Positions 35,390 to 44,757 of a stretch of 64,000 nucleotides of DNA are shown here, piece by piece. Below the pieces are notes generated by a model. It did no database searches. It saw only the letters and a program-made list of their open reading frames with translations, and was not told where the DNA came from. The position numbers were made by a program, and so were the translations under genes. Where the stretch lies: the NCBI RefSeq assembly GCF_042231735.1, contig NZ_CP102577.1, positions 2,783,281-2,847,280 on the forward strand, written 5' to 3'. Origin of the DNA: Corallococcus exercitus (GTDB lineage: Bacteria > Myxococcota > Myxococcia > Myxococcales > Myxococcaceae). Each line of letters opens with the position of its first letter. Position 1 is the first letter of the stretch.

Positions 35390-38300
35390 TCACATCACGC
35401 GGGCGTCACGGGCGCCCGCGGCCTGGGGCAGCGGCAGCGCCTCCGCGGGCGGCAGCTGGGTCGCGGCCTGGAAGCGGTCCACGCGGCGCAGCTCCGCGCG
35501 GGCCTCCACCTGCGTGAAGATTTCGCGCGCGCGGGCGAGGAAGGCCTCGCGCCGGTGGGGCAGCGCCACCGCCGCGTCGAAGTAGGCCACCCCCGTCTCC
35601 CAGCGGTTGGGGCTCTTCTCCAGGACGGCGATGGCCTCCAGGAACACCGGCTCCGCGGCCTTCGGGCCCTTGCGCAGGGCCAGCGAGCGCGCCGTCACGC
35701 GCAGCGCCGGGCCCTTCAGGTACGGGTAGAGCCGGGCGATGACGCGCGCCTTGATGCAGGACAGCCGCACGATTCGCAGCAGCTCCTTGCGCGGCACCAC
35801 CGTGGCGCCCTCCTCCAGCGCGAAGAGGGCCGCCTCCGCCGCGTCCACCAGCCCCACCTGGAGGAAGGGCACCAGCACCTGGTAGCTCCAGATGCTCTTG
35901 AAGCAGCGCACCGCGACGAGCGCGGCCTCCTCCACCTGGTGCTCGCGCACGGTGACGTTGGCCAGGTGGTTGAGGCTGGCGCACTGGTTGGCCAGGTCCG
36001 CCACCTCCTCGCTGATGCGCAGGCCCTGCTCCAGCTCCGCGCACAGCTCGCCCACGTCGCCTTCGCCCAGGAGGTAGCGGCACATGGGCGCCCACGAGTG
36101 CGCCCAGCCCTGGTGCATCAGCGCGTTGAGCTCCACGCCAATGGTCTTCATCTGCTCGTAGAGCGCTTCGGCCGTGCGGAAGCGCGAGTGGAGGAACTCG
36201 CCCGTGGCCTGCATCATCAGGGACGTCTGGCGCTCCCAGCGCTCGCCCACCTGGCGCAGCGTGGAGACGGCCTCCTCCTGGAACTCCCACGCGCGCTGCA
36301 GCTCGTTGGCGAAGAAGGCCTGGATGCCCAGGCGGCTGAGCGCGAGCCCCTCCGCCACCGGGTCCTTGGAGCGCCGCGCGTACTCCAGCGCCTTCTCACA
36401 GTGGTAGCGCGCGCGCTTGAGCAGCCCCGCGCCGAACAAGAGCGTGCCGTAGTAGCCGCGCGCCAGGCTCATGGCGTAGTCGTTGCGCGAGCGCTCCGCC
36501 ATGTTGGTGGACACCAGCGTCGCCCACGTGAGCTTCATGATGTCCGCGAAGTAGTAGATGCGGATGAGCGAGTTGAGCGTGGACAGCTGCTGGAGGTAGT
36601 TGCCCAGCCGGGATGCGGGCAGCGGCCGCAGGATGAACGGCAGCAGCGACGCGAGCCCCCGCAGCAGCAGGTTGGCCAGCGTGCGCAGGCCCAGCGCGGG
36701 CAGGCTCCGTGGAAGGCTGCGGCCCCGGAGCACCAGGGACTTCTCCAGGTGCTGCGTGGCGAGCGCGGACTCGCCCTTCTCCTGGTGCGCGCGGCCCAGG
36801 CCCAGGTGCAGCTCCGCCTGGCGCTGGGGTTCCTCCTCGTCCACCAGGCACTGCTCGAACATCAGGATGGCGTTGGCGTAGTGGCCCGCCTGGAGCAGCG
36901 TCTCCGCCAGCTCCTGCATCACCCGGCGCGTCTTGAGGAGCATCGCCTCCGGGTCCACGGGGGCGACGGTGCCCAGGAGCTCCAGCCCGCGGTTGTAGTG
37001 GTAGAGCGCGTCGTCGTTCGCGTACTGCGCCCGCGCGCTGCGGGCCGCCATCAGCGTGTACTCCAGGCCCTTGTCCTCCACGTTGCCCGCGAGGAAGTGG
37101 AACGCGAGCAGACCCGCGGAGGCCGCGAGGTTGTCGTTCGCGCGGACCTCCAGGTAGCGCGCGAGCCGGCGGTGCAGGTCCTCGCGCGCCGACACCAGGA
37201 GCGTGTTGTAGGCCACGTCCCGGATGACGATGTGCTTGAAGAGGCAGGTGTACGGCTCCTCCTGCTCCAGCAGGATGAGGCCCAGGCGCTGGAGCGTGTC
37301 CATGGCCTCGCGCAGCCGCTGTGCGCCCAGCGTGGGCACCAACGCCGCCACCGCGTCCAGCGTGAAGATGCGCCCGATGACGGACGCCACCTTCACCACC
37401 AGCTTCTCCGTCTCGCTGAGCAGGTCGATGCGCGACAGCACCACGTCCTGGATGGAGTCCGGCAGCAGCAGGTCCTGCAGGCCGCGCTTGAGCTCCATCC
37501 GCGTGGAGCCGGGCTCGGCCAGGCCCAGGTAGCCCTGCTCCGCCAGGCCCTCCACGATGGACTCGATGAAGAACGGGTTGCCCTGCACCTTCGCGAGCAG
37601 CCGGTCCTCCAGCGCGACGTCCGGCGGCGACAGGCGCAGGTGCACGCGCAGGAGCGCCCGCGTGTCCTCCTCGTCCAGGCTCACCAGGTCCACGGGGAGG
37701 AACTCGGGCAGCTCGCGCAGGCCCTTGACCTGGTCGCCCGGGCGCATCGTCGCCAGCACCATGATGCGGTGCGAGCCCACGCGCAGCGCGAGGTACTGGA
37801 GCAGGTCCAGCGAGATGTAGTCCGCCCAGTGCAGGTCCTCGAAGAAGAGCAGCAGCGGCTGCGCGCGGCTCAGGCTCTCCAGGAGCTGGAAGACGATTTG
37901 AAACACCTTCTGCTGCTTGCGCCGCGCGTCCATCCCCGACGTGGCGGACGTCTCCTCCAGCGACATGCCGAGGATGCCCGCCATCACGGGGATCCACTCC
38001 GGCCCCACGTCCTCCAGGCCCTCCAGCCCCTGGCGCAGGCGCGTCAGCTGCGCCTCCGTGTCGTCCGAGTCATGCAGCCCGAACGCCTGGAGCAGCACCT
38101 CCTTCCAGGGGAAGAAGGGGGTGAAGGCCTCGTAGGAATAGCAGACGCCGTACAGCGCCCGGGCGCCGCCCTCCTCCGCGTCCTCCAGCACGCGCGCGCC
38201 CAGCCGCGACTTGCCGATGCCCGCCTCGCCGGACACCACGCACACGCGGCCCTGGCCGGCGAACGCCGCGGTGAGCGACTCGTGCAGCACGTTGAGCTCG

Positions 38301-39691
38301 CGGCTGCGGCCGATGATGTCGCCCCGGCCCTTGACGAAGAGGCCGCGGCGCGTCTCCCCCAAGAGCCGGTACACCGGCACGGAGCGCGAGACGCCCTTCA
38401 GCTTCGCGTCCTCGACGAACTCGGTGGCGAAGCCACCCTGCCGCGAGCGCGTCTGGGTGTTGGCGCACAGGTGCACGCCGCCCTGGCGTCCGCCGTGCGT
38501 CATCAGGCGCGCGGCCATGTTCACGACCTCGCCCAGCGCCGAGTAGCCCTTGCGCGTGGGCGAGCCCATGTCGCCGCAGTAGGCGTGGCCGGTGGCGATG
38601 CCGATCTGCAGCTCGTCGAGGAACGGGAACTGCTCGCGCGCCTTGAGCAGCTTGCAGGCCAGCCGGCACGCCAGCACCTCCTTGTTCTGCTGGGCGGTGG
38701 GCGCGCCGAACAGGACGTAGAGGACGTTGCCCTTGTCCGTGAAGTCCGTCATCAGCAGCACGCCACCGTGGTGGGCGCTCTCGCGCTGGACGAACTCGTA
38801 GTAGGCGTTGAGGTCGCGGGTGAAGGCTTCTGGATCCGCGTCCGACGACGCGTGGGTGAAGCGCACGAAGAAGCAGGTGACGTCGCGGAAGTCGCCCGCG
38901 AACTCCTGGTGCGCGGTGGTGATCTTCGTGAAGAGCACCGGGTGCAGCAGCAGCGCGCACCGGCCCACCAGCTCCGCCCCGCCCGTGGGCGCGGGCAGCG
39001 GGCGCTTCACGGCCTCCACCGGCGCGTCGAGCGCCAGCCGGTGGTTGCCGCCGTCACGCGGCTCGCCCCGGCGCGCGGACTCCGGCAGCGCCGCCCAGGC
39101 CCGGGGGCTCAGGACGACCTCCGACACCGTGGCCTGCTTCTCCGCGCCCACCGCCTGCGCCAGCGGCTCGCCCACGAGCGCCGGGTGCATCCACAGGCCG
39201 GTGGCGCCCATCACGATGCGGGTCGCCTCCCCGAAGCCGATGCCGATGCGCGACGACACGCCGAAGCGCTGGCCCAACAGCTCCAGCCGGGCGAAGCGCG
39301 CGAGCCGGCGCTGCACGCCCAGCGCGCACACCGCCGCGCGCTGCACCACGTCGCCGTCCGCCTCGCCGGGCGCGGCCTCGAAGCACGCGAGGATGGAGTC
39401 ACCGGCGAACTGGTAGATGTCCCCGCCGTGGTCGCGGACCACGTCGATCATCTCCGTGTAGTAGTTCGTCAGCAGGCGCTGGAGCGCGTCGATGCCGCGC
39501 GGGCCCGCGCCGCTCAGCCCCACCACGATGGGCGTGAAGCCCGCGATGTCCAGGAGCAGGATGGCGCCCCGCACGCCTTCCGCCAGGGGCAGCGCGTCCG
39601 CCGCCTGGCTCCCGAGCCGCGCGAGGATGGCCGCCGGCACGTAGGGCGCCAGCGTCGCGACGACGGGGTCAATGGGCTGCGTGGAGGGCAT
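35390..39691 (-). CDS. multidomain signalling protein: two class-III adenylate/guanylate-cyclase-like domains, a STAND/AAA ATPase, and C-terminal TPR/helical repeats
   Basis: Cyclase-like segments (ILLLDIAGFT...YQFAGDSIL and a second FVRFTH...GDMGSP), a Walker A (VSGEAGIGKS), and a long helical-repeat C-terminus. About 1430 aa from MPSTQPID. Confidence 0.8.
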   Translation of the reverse strand: MPSTQPIDPVVATLAPYVPAAILARLGSQAADALPLAEGVRGAILLLDIAGFTPIVVGLSGAGPRGIDALQRLLTNYYTEMIDVVRDHGGDIYQFAGDSILACFEAAPGEADGDVVQRAAVCALGVQRRLARFARLELLGQRFGVSSRIGIGFGEATRIVMGATGLWMHPALVGEPLAQAVGAEKQATVSEVVLSPRAWAALPESARRGEPRDGGNHRLALDAPVEAVKRPLPAPTGGAELVGRCALLLHPVLFTKITTAHQEFAGDFRDVTCFFVRFTHASSDADPEAFTRDLNAYYEFVQRESAHHGGVLLMTDFTDKGNVLYVLFGAPTAQQNKEVLACRLACKLLKAREQFPFLDELQIGIATGHAYCGDMGSPTRKGYSALGEVVNMAARLMTHGGRQGGVHLCANTQTRSRQGGFATEFVEDAKLKGVSRSVPVYRLLGETRRGLFVKGRGDIIGRSRELNVLHESLTAAFAGQGRVCVVSGEAGIGKSRLGARVLEDAEEGGARALYGVCYSYEAFTPFFPWKEVLLQAFGLHDSDDTEAQLTRLRQGLEGLEDVGPEWIPVMAGILGMSLEETSATSGMDARRKQQKVFQIVFQLLESLSRAQPLLLFFEDLHWADYISLDLLQYLALRVGSHRIMVLATMRPGDQVKGLRELPEFLPVDLVSLDEEDTRALLRVHLRLSPPDVALEDRLLAKVQGNPFFIESIVEGLAEQGYLGLAEPGSTRMELKRGLQDLLLPDSIQDVVLSRIDLLSETEKLVVKVASVIGRIFTLDAVAALVPTLGAQRLREAMDTLQRLGLILLEQEEPYTCLFKHIVIRDVAYNTLLVSAREDLHRRLARYLEVRANDNLAASAGLLAFHFLAGNVEDKGLEYTLMAARSARAQYANDDALYHYNRGLELLGTVAPVDPEAMLLKTRRVMQELAETLLQAGHYANAILMFEQCLVDEEEPQRQAELHLGLGRAHQEKGESALATQHLEKSLVLRGRSLPRSLPALGLRTLANLLLRGLASLLPFILRPLPASRLGNYLQQLSTLNSLIRIYYFADIMKLTWATLVSTNMAERSRNDYAMSLARGYYGTLLFGAGLLKRARYHCEKALEYARRSKDPVAEGLALSRLGIQAFFANELQRAWEFQEEAVSTLRQVGERWERQTSLMMQATGEFLHSRFRTAEALYEQMKTIGVELNALMHQGWAHSWAPMCRYLLGEGDVGELCAELEQGLRISEEVADLANQCASLNHLANVTVREHQVEEAALVAVRCFKSIWSYQVLVPFLQVGLVDAAEAALFALEEGATVVPRKELLRIVRLSCIKARVIARLYPYLKGPALRVTARSLALRKGPKAAEPVFLEAIAVLEKSPNRWETGVAYFDAAVALPHRREAFLARAREIFTQVEARAELRRVDRFQAATQLPPAEALPLPQAAGARDARVM

Positions 39692-39708
39692 CCCCGGGGG
39701 CTTTCCGC

Positions 39709-40176
39709 TCAGGACAGGTTGGCGTAGCGCAGGTAGAGGGCGCCCAGGCACACGGCGCCGTAGAGGGGAATCTCCGCCGTCTCCGTCCAGGGCTGCTGCT
39801 TCATCACCGCGCCCCAGACGTGCACCGCCGTCATGATGCCGCCAATGAGGCCGATGAGCTCGAAGATGACCAGGTGGCTCTTGGGGTCCGGGATGAACTG
39901 CACCACCGCGATGATGACGGACAGCGCCAGGCCTCCCAGGCAGCGCGCGAAGTAGACCGTCAAGTCGTTGTTGCCCGTGGGCAGCTCCCACCCGAACCAG
40001 CGCGCCCAGCGCAGCGGCACGAACAGCAACGGCAGCGCGTAGACGACCGCGAAGACCGAGGTGGAGACCGCGAGGAACCAGCTGGCCAGCGGATAGTCGG
40101 GGTTGATCATGATGGCGGACGAGGCAAGGGCACCGGGCGTCCTGCTGCCGGGCGCACCCTGCCCCACGCTGTCCAT
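39709..40176 (-). CDS. small integral membrane protein (3-4 TM helices)
   Basis: Hydrophobic helices. The start may be MINPDY at about 40110. Confidence 0.45.
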   Translation of the reverse strand: MDSVGQGAPGSRTPGALASSAIMINPDYPLASWFLAVSTSVFAVVYALPLLFVPLRWARWFGWELPTGNNDLTVYFARCLGGLALSVIIAVVQFIPDPKSHLVIFELIGLIGGIMTAVHVWGAVMKQQPWTETAEIPLYGAVCLGALYLRYANLS

Positions 40177-40243
40177 CCTAGAATCTTTTCCCTCCCCGTG
40201 GGGCGCCTTCCCCCCACCCGGCCCCCGTCAGCCCGGCTGCCGG

Positions 40244-40774
40244 CTAGCGGGTGGCGGCCAGGAGGAACTCGGCCACCCGCTCCAGGGAGGTGGTGCGCTC
40301 GGCTTCCGCCGGGAAGCGCCGGAAGGCCTCCGGGGGCCCGTGCAGGATGAGCGGCTTGCCATAGCGCAGCGCCAGGACGGCCTCCGCCGCGGTGCCCGCC
40401 CCTCCGGGTAGCGCGACCAGGGCGTGCGGCGTCAGCACGTTGATGTGGTTGCGGCTCATCGGGTCCGTGCCCTGCTCCCCGCTGAGCGGCAGGTGCGTGT
40501 AGATGGGGATTTCGATATCCGTGTTCGGGTAGCCGGGCCGGGGCTGGTACCGGCCATCCGCCCCGACAGTGCCGGGGATGATGCCGATGGCCGCCCCCCG
40601 CCGCCCCTCCACCTGGACGAAGGCCCCCGCCGCGACGCTCATGACGCCCCCGCCCGCGCCCGTCAGCAGGTCGAAGCCCGCCTCGGCAATCCACCGCGCC
40701 AGGGGGACGACCCACTCCTCGTGGGCCTCCGTGCCGGAGCCGAACACTCCGATGATGCGGCGGTGTCTGCGCAT
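40244..40774 (-). CDS. LOG-family (TIGR00725-like) Rossmann-fold protein
   Basis: GxGxxG (IGVFGSGT) and the PGGxGTxxE motif (LPGGAGTAAEAV) typical of LOG/YvdD-like proteins. Confidence 0.7.
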   Translation of the reverse strand: MRRHRRIIGVFGSGTEAHEEWVVPLARWIAEAGFDLLTGAGGGVMSVAAGAFVQVEGRRGAAIGIIPGTVGADGRYQPRPGYPNTDIEIPIYTHLPLSGEQGTDPMSRNHINVLTPHALVALPGGAGTAAEAVLALRYGKPLILHGPPEAFRRFPAEAERTTSLERVAEFLLAATR

Positions 40775-41017
40775 GACTGCGTCCTCCCCGAAAAACTGGA
40801 ACTACGTGAGCCCCTGTTCCATGCGAATCCCCGGCCAACGCCGCAAGGGCTCACGGACCGGCGTGCGGCCCGGCTCCCGTCCACCCGTGGAAGGTGCGCG
40901 GCGCGAGCGTCGCCTGGCCGTCGCTTGTCTCCTCCCGGAGCGCGAGGCCCTCCCGCACGACCCGTGATGTCGGACCCCTCCTCTACCTTCGTTCGCGAGT
41001 GAGCGAGGAGGCCGCCC

Positions 41018-41320
41018 ATGTTCGACGCCTGTGGAGGTTGTGAGCGCCGTGGCACCGCCGGAGAGGTGTTCGACTGGTGCGCGCACTGCGAGTTGTCCCT
41101 GTGTCCCGGCTGCCTCCAGCGCGGCTGCTGCGGCAGCGTGCCCGCGGACTCCGGGCGGGGCGCGCCCAGGGAGCTGCCCGAGCCGCCTCCCGAGCGCGAG
41201 CCCCTGCCGGAGGACTTCGGCGGCCGCTGCTGCACGCACGCCCGCGCGGTGGCGTGCTCCTGCGCCTTCCACTGGGTCTGCGTGCGCCACGGCGACCTGC
41301 ACGTGGGCACCCACGACTGA
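41018..41320 (+). CDS. small Cys-rich protein (putative zinc-ribbon / B-box-like)
   Basis: 100 aa with about 14 Cys in paired CxxC arrangements (CGGC, CAHC, CPGC, CC). Strong RBS (GAGGAGG) 6 nt upstream of the ATG. Convergent with the kinase gene. Confidence 0.5.
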   Translation: MFDACGGCERRGTAGEVFDWCAHCELSLCPGCLQRGCCGSVPADSGRGAPRELPEPPPEREPLPEDFGGRCCTHARAVACSCAFHWVCVRHGDLHVGTHD

Positions 41321-41414
41321 GGACGTGAAGCCTCACCCCTGTGTGGGCGTTGACACACCGGACCGGAAGGAGGCCCCGTGGTGGCGGCCCCCGGCCCGTG
41401 TCATTCCGTCCGGC

Positions 41415-44400
41415 TCAGGGCACGTCCAGCGCGACGCCCTGTCCCGGCACGGCCATCACCCAGCGGACGACGTCCGGCTTGCCGCCGCAGGTGACGCGCA
41501 CCTCGAACTCACGCCCCGCGGGCATGGGGCTGGCGAGCGGCGTCTGGCCCTGGAGCACCTGCGAGCCCAGCGCCACGCGGCAGCCCTGGGCACCGGTGAC
41601 GCTGAGCGTGCCCCGGGCATCCGCCTGGGGCGCGGCGTCCGCGAGCGTGCGCAGGTCGATGTGCTCCGACTTCGGCACCTTGCCGAAGCGGTGCAGCTTG
41701 CCCTCCACGGCCGTGGAGACGAGCCAGCCGGAGGGGTCCTCCGGCAGGGCGTTGCTGCCTTCCAGCAGCACGCCGGACACGTAGACGCGCTCGCCCTCCT
41801 GGGCGTTGCGCACCTCCACGCCGCCCTTGGGCAGCAGGAACACCAGCGCGAGCCCCGCGAGCACCAGGCCCACGCCCCCCACGACGAGCCCCTTGCGCTG
41901 GCCGGACGTCAGCCCCTTCCCCGTCGCGTCGGCGGCGGGCACCTGGGCCGCGGGGGCGGCCACGGCGTGGACGGGCGGAGGAGGCGCGGCCACGGGAGCC
42001 GCCGGAGGGCGCACGGGCGCGGCCACGGGCGGCGGCGGCGCGGCCACGGGCGGCGGCGGCGAGGGGTGGTTCCCTCCATAGGCCGCGTGCGTGCCCGTCT
42101 GCGGCGGGTGGGCACTTCCCTGCGGCGGGGCCGCGTATTGCGCGTGGGTGCCCCCGTGCTGCGGATGGGCGGCCACGGGGGGAGGCGCCACGGCGGCCAC
42201 GGGGGGAGGCGGCGGGGCCGAGGTCAGGGGCGCCACGGAGGGCACCGACACCGACGGACGCGCGGGCGCCTGCGGCGGAGGCCCCACGCGCGTGGGCACG
42301 TTGGCGGCGGCCGCCGGGCGCACCGCGGTGGGCGGCGGCAGCGGTGACGCGGGCGGCGGCGCGGCCGGGCGCGACGGACGGGGCGCGGGCGCGGCGGCCA
42401 CGGGCGGGGAGGCCACCGGGGGCGCGGCGACGGGAGGACGTGTCGGATCCGAGGTGACGGAGACGACCTCGGTGCCGCGCTCGGCGGCCTCCGGCGGGGA
42501 GGCCACCGGGGGCGGCTCCATCCGGGGCATGCTGCCGGAACCGCCGCGCACGGGCGGACGGGACAGGTCCGACGGGGCGCGCATGTCGCTGCCGGAGCCC
42601 GTGCCCGGGGCGCGCGAGTGCGAGCCCGTCCCCGGCATCAGCGCCCGGGGGTTGGAGCCCGTGCCCGAGCCGGCGATGGACGACGGCGCGTACTCGGAGA
42701 GCCGGTCGCCCAGCGCCTCCTTGAAGAACTGCGCCACCGACGCGGGCGACGAGGACAGCCGGTGGTGCGCGATGACGGCTTCAATCTCCTCGCGCATCGC
42801 CGCCGCGGAGGGCGTGCGGCGCGCCGGGTCCTTCACCAGCGCGCGCAGGATGAGGTCCGACACGTCCTGCGGGATGTGGGGCCGCAGCTGCGAGGGCACC
42901 GGCGCGGGCTCGCGCACGATGGCCGCGAGCGTGGCCGCGTCGTGGTCGCGGCGGAACGGCAGCTGGCCGGTGAGCAGCTCGAAGAGCACCACGCCCAGCG
43001 CGAACACGTCGTTGCGCCAGTCCAGCGGACGGCCGCTGGCGGCCTCCGGGGAGAGGTACGAAATCTTCCCCTTGATGACGCCCGCCTGCGTCTGCTCCTC
43101 GCCCTGCACCTTGGCGATGCCGAAGTCCGACAGCTTGATGGCGCCGTCCAGCGACACCAGCACGTTGTGGGGGCTGACGTCGCGGTGCACCACCGGGTGC
43201 GCGGTGCCGGACGGGTCCACGTAGCTGTGCGCGTAGTGCAGGCCCGCGGCGACCTCCGCCACGATGCGCAGCGCGTGCTCCAAGGGCAGCGCCATGCCCT
43301 TGCGGCGCAGCTCCGTGAGCAGGCGCTTCAGGTCCGGGCCGCGCACGTACTCCATCAGGATGTACGCCACGCCGTCCGTCACGCCCACGTCGAAGGTCTG
43401 GACGATGTTGGGGTGCGTGAGGCGCGCGTTGGCGCGGGCCTCCGCGAAGAGCATGTCGACGAACTCAGGATTCTCAGCGAACTGCGCGAGAATCTTCTTC
43501 ATCACGACGAACTTCTCGAAGCCCTTCACGCCCTGCTGCTTGGCGAGGAACACCTCCGCCATGCCGCCCTGCCCCAGCCGGCGGATGATCTGCAGCCGCG
43601 CGCTGCCGCCGTGCACGTCCGTGGGCGACGTGCCCCGGGCGCCGGGGTCCGCGTTGGTGGAGCCGAAGAGGTACTGGCTGAGCGCGCGCTGCTCCAGCGC
43701 CTCGATGTCGTCCAGCGGCTTGTCGGTGAGCGGCGTGCGCGCGAGCAGCCCCTGGAACTGCGCGAGCGCCGGAGCCCGGGCGCTGCCGCCGCAGACGGGG
43801 CACACGCGGTCCAGGGTGCCCTTGGCGCGCAGCACCTCCAGGTACTCGTTGGTCTGGATGCGCTGGTGGGTGACCTGGCCGCAGTTGCGGCAGTCGCACG
43901 GCAGCCACAGCGTGGCCAGCTTCGCCGGCAGCGCCTTGGTGGACTTCGCCAGCACGCCCAGCAGCGGCGGCGGCACGCGGCAGAGCACCACCTGGGCGCC
44001 CTGCGACGCCACCTCCAGCACCTGTTCGATGCGCGGCAGCGCCTCCGGCTCCACCGTGCTCACGTGGCAGCAGTCGAACGCGACGCGCCCCTCCAGGCCG
44101 GACGCCAGCCGGCGCACGTTGAGGTCGCCCTTGAGCGTGCTGGCCAGGGTGATGAAGGTGATGTCGTCCTGGACGATCTTCAGGTGCGAGGACAGCTCGG
44201 ACGGCTCGTTCGGGAGGCCCGCGCGCAGGTAGCGCAGCACGGCGGGGTCCACCGCGGAGAACTGCTGGCGGCGCGCGAAGTCGAAGAACTCCGTGGGCTC
44301 GTCCGCGAACTCCAGCGGCTGGGCGCACACGGGGCAGTGGTGCGGCGGGGCACCGCCCGCCTCCACGACCTTGCTCTCCTCCACCAGGCGGACCAGCCGC

Positions 44401-44753
44401 AGCCGGTCCTCCTTGCAGAAGCGGCACGAGTACGGCGCCAGCAGCGAGAGCACGCGCGCGACGCCCGCGAAGCCCTCCACCATGTTGAGCTGATCCACCA
44501 CCACCGGCGGTGCGTTGACGACGTACAGCCCCGACACGCCCTGCGGCGGGTGGCCGGCGAACTCAATCCACCGGCGGACCCCGAAGGAGCTGATGCGCTC
44601 CACCAGCCCCAGGTCCACCACCACCAGGCCCTGGAGGCCCTTGGACGCTGGCGAGAGGGGGAAGGTTTCGTCGATCACCCCGGCCACGCGCACGTGGGTC
44701 AGACTGCCCACGCGCAGGGAGGTGATGCTGGCATTGGAAGTTTGGCTCTCCAC
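41415..44753 (-). CDS. membrane Ser/Thr protein kinase with an N-terminal STAS (anti-sigma-factor antagonist-like) domain, two zinc-ribbon repeats, a Pro-rich linker, a TM helix and a C-terminal periplasmic domain
   Basis: The STAS pattern is VVVDLGLVERISSFGVRRW...LYVVNAPPVVVDQL. There are two Cx2C...Cx2C modules. Kinase motifs are a Gly loop (LGQGGMAEVF), the invariant Lys (VVMKKIL), a catalytic loop (HRDVSPHN), DFG and SPE. A TM helix (LVVGGVGLVLAGLALVFLL) separates the C-terminal domain. Confidence 0.8.
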   Translation of the reverse strand: MESQTSNASITSLRVGSLTHVRVAGVIDETFPLSPASKGLQGLVVVDLGLVERISSFGVRRWIEFAGHPPQGVSGLYVVNAPPVVVDQLNMVEGFAGVARVLSLLAPYSCRFCKEDRLRLVRLVEESKVVEAGGAPPHHCPVCAQPLEFADEPTEFFDFARRQQFSAVDPAVLRYLRAGLPNEPSELSSHLKIVQDDITFITLASTLKGDLNVRRLASGLEGRVAFDCCHVSTVEPEALPRIEQVLEVASQGAQVVLCRVPPPLLGVLAKSTKALPAKLATLWLPCDCRNCGQVTHQRIQTNEYLEVLRAKGTLDRVCPVCGGSARAPALAQFQGLLARTPLTDKPLDDIEALEQRALSQYLFGSTNADPGARGTSPTDVHGGSARLQIIRRLGQGGMAEVFLAKQQGVKGFEKFVVMKKILAQFAENPEFVDMLFAEARANARLTHPNIVQTFDVGVTDGVAYILMEYVRGPDLKRLLTELRRKGMALPLEHALRIVAEVAAGLHYAHSYVDPSGTAHPVVHRDVSPHNVLVSLDGAIKLSDFGIAKVQGEEQTQAGVIKGKISYLSPEAASGRPLDWRNDVFALGVVLFELLTGQLPFRRDHDAATLAAIVREPAPVPSQLRPHIPQDVSDLILRALVKDPARRTPSAAAMREEIEAVIAHHRLSSSPASVAQFFKEALGDRLSEYAPSSIAGSGTGSNPRALMPGTGSHSRAPGTGSGSDMRAPSDLSRPPVRGGSGSMPRMEPPPVASPPEAAERGTEVVSVTSDPTRPPVAAPPVASPPVAAAPAPRPSRPAAPPPASPLPPPTAVRPAAAANVPTRVGPPPQAPARPSVSVPSVAPLTSAPPPPPVAAVAPPPVAAHPQHGGTHAQYAAPPQGSAHPPQTGTHAAYGGNHPSPPPPVAAPPPPVAAPVRPPAAPVAAPPPPVHAVAAPAAQVPAADATGKGLTSGQRKGLVVGGVGLVLAGLALVFLLPKGGVEVRNAQEGERVYVSGVLLEGSNALPEDPSGWLVSTAVEGKLHRFGKVPKSEHIDLRTLADAAPQADARGTLSVTGAQGCRVALGSQVLQGQTPLASPMPAGREFEVRVTCGGKPDVVRWVMAVPGQGVALDVP
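41950..42215 (-). repeat. in-frame tandem nucleotide repeats encoding a Pro/Ala/Val-rich linker of the kinase
   Basis: A perfect 21-bp tandem repeat (gcggccacgggcggcggcggc, twice, at 42019-42060) and near-repeats (ggccacggggggaggcg, twice, around 42171-42211). Confidence 0.7.
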
Positions 44754-44757
44754 CCGC

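Noticed and set aside
35555-39727. 1390-aa plus-strand ORF antisense to the cyclase-STAND gene
   Set aside because: Same artefact class (R/A/L/G/H/Q-rich, no motif). The minus-strand product has Walker A and cyclase motifs.
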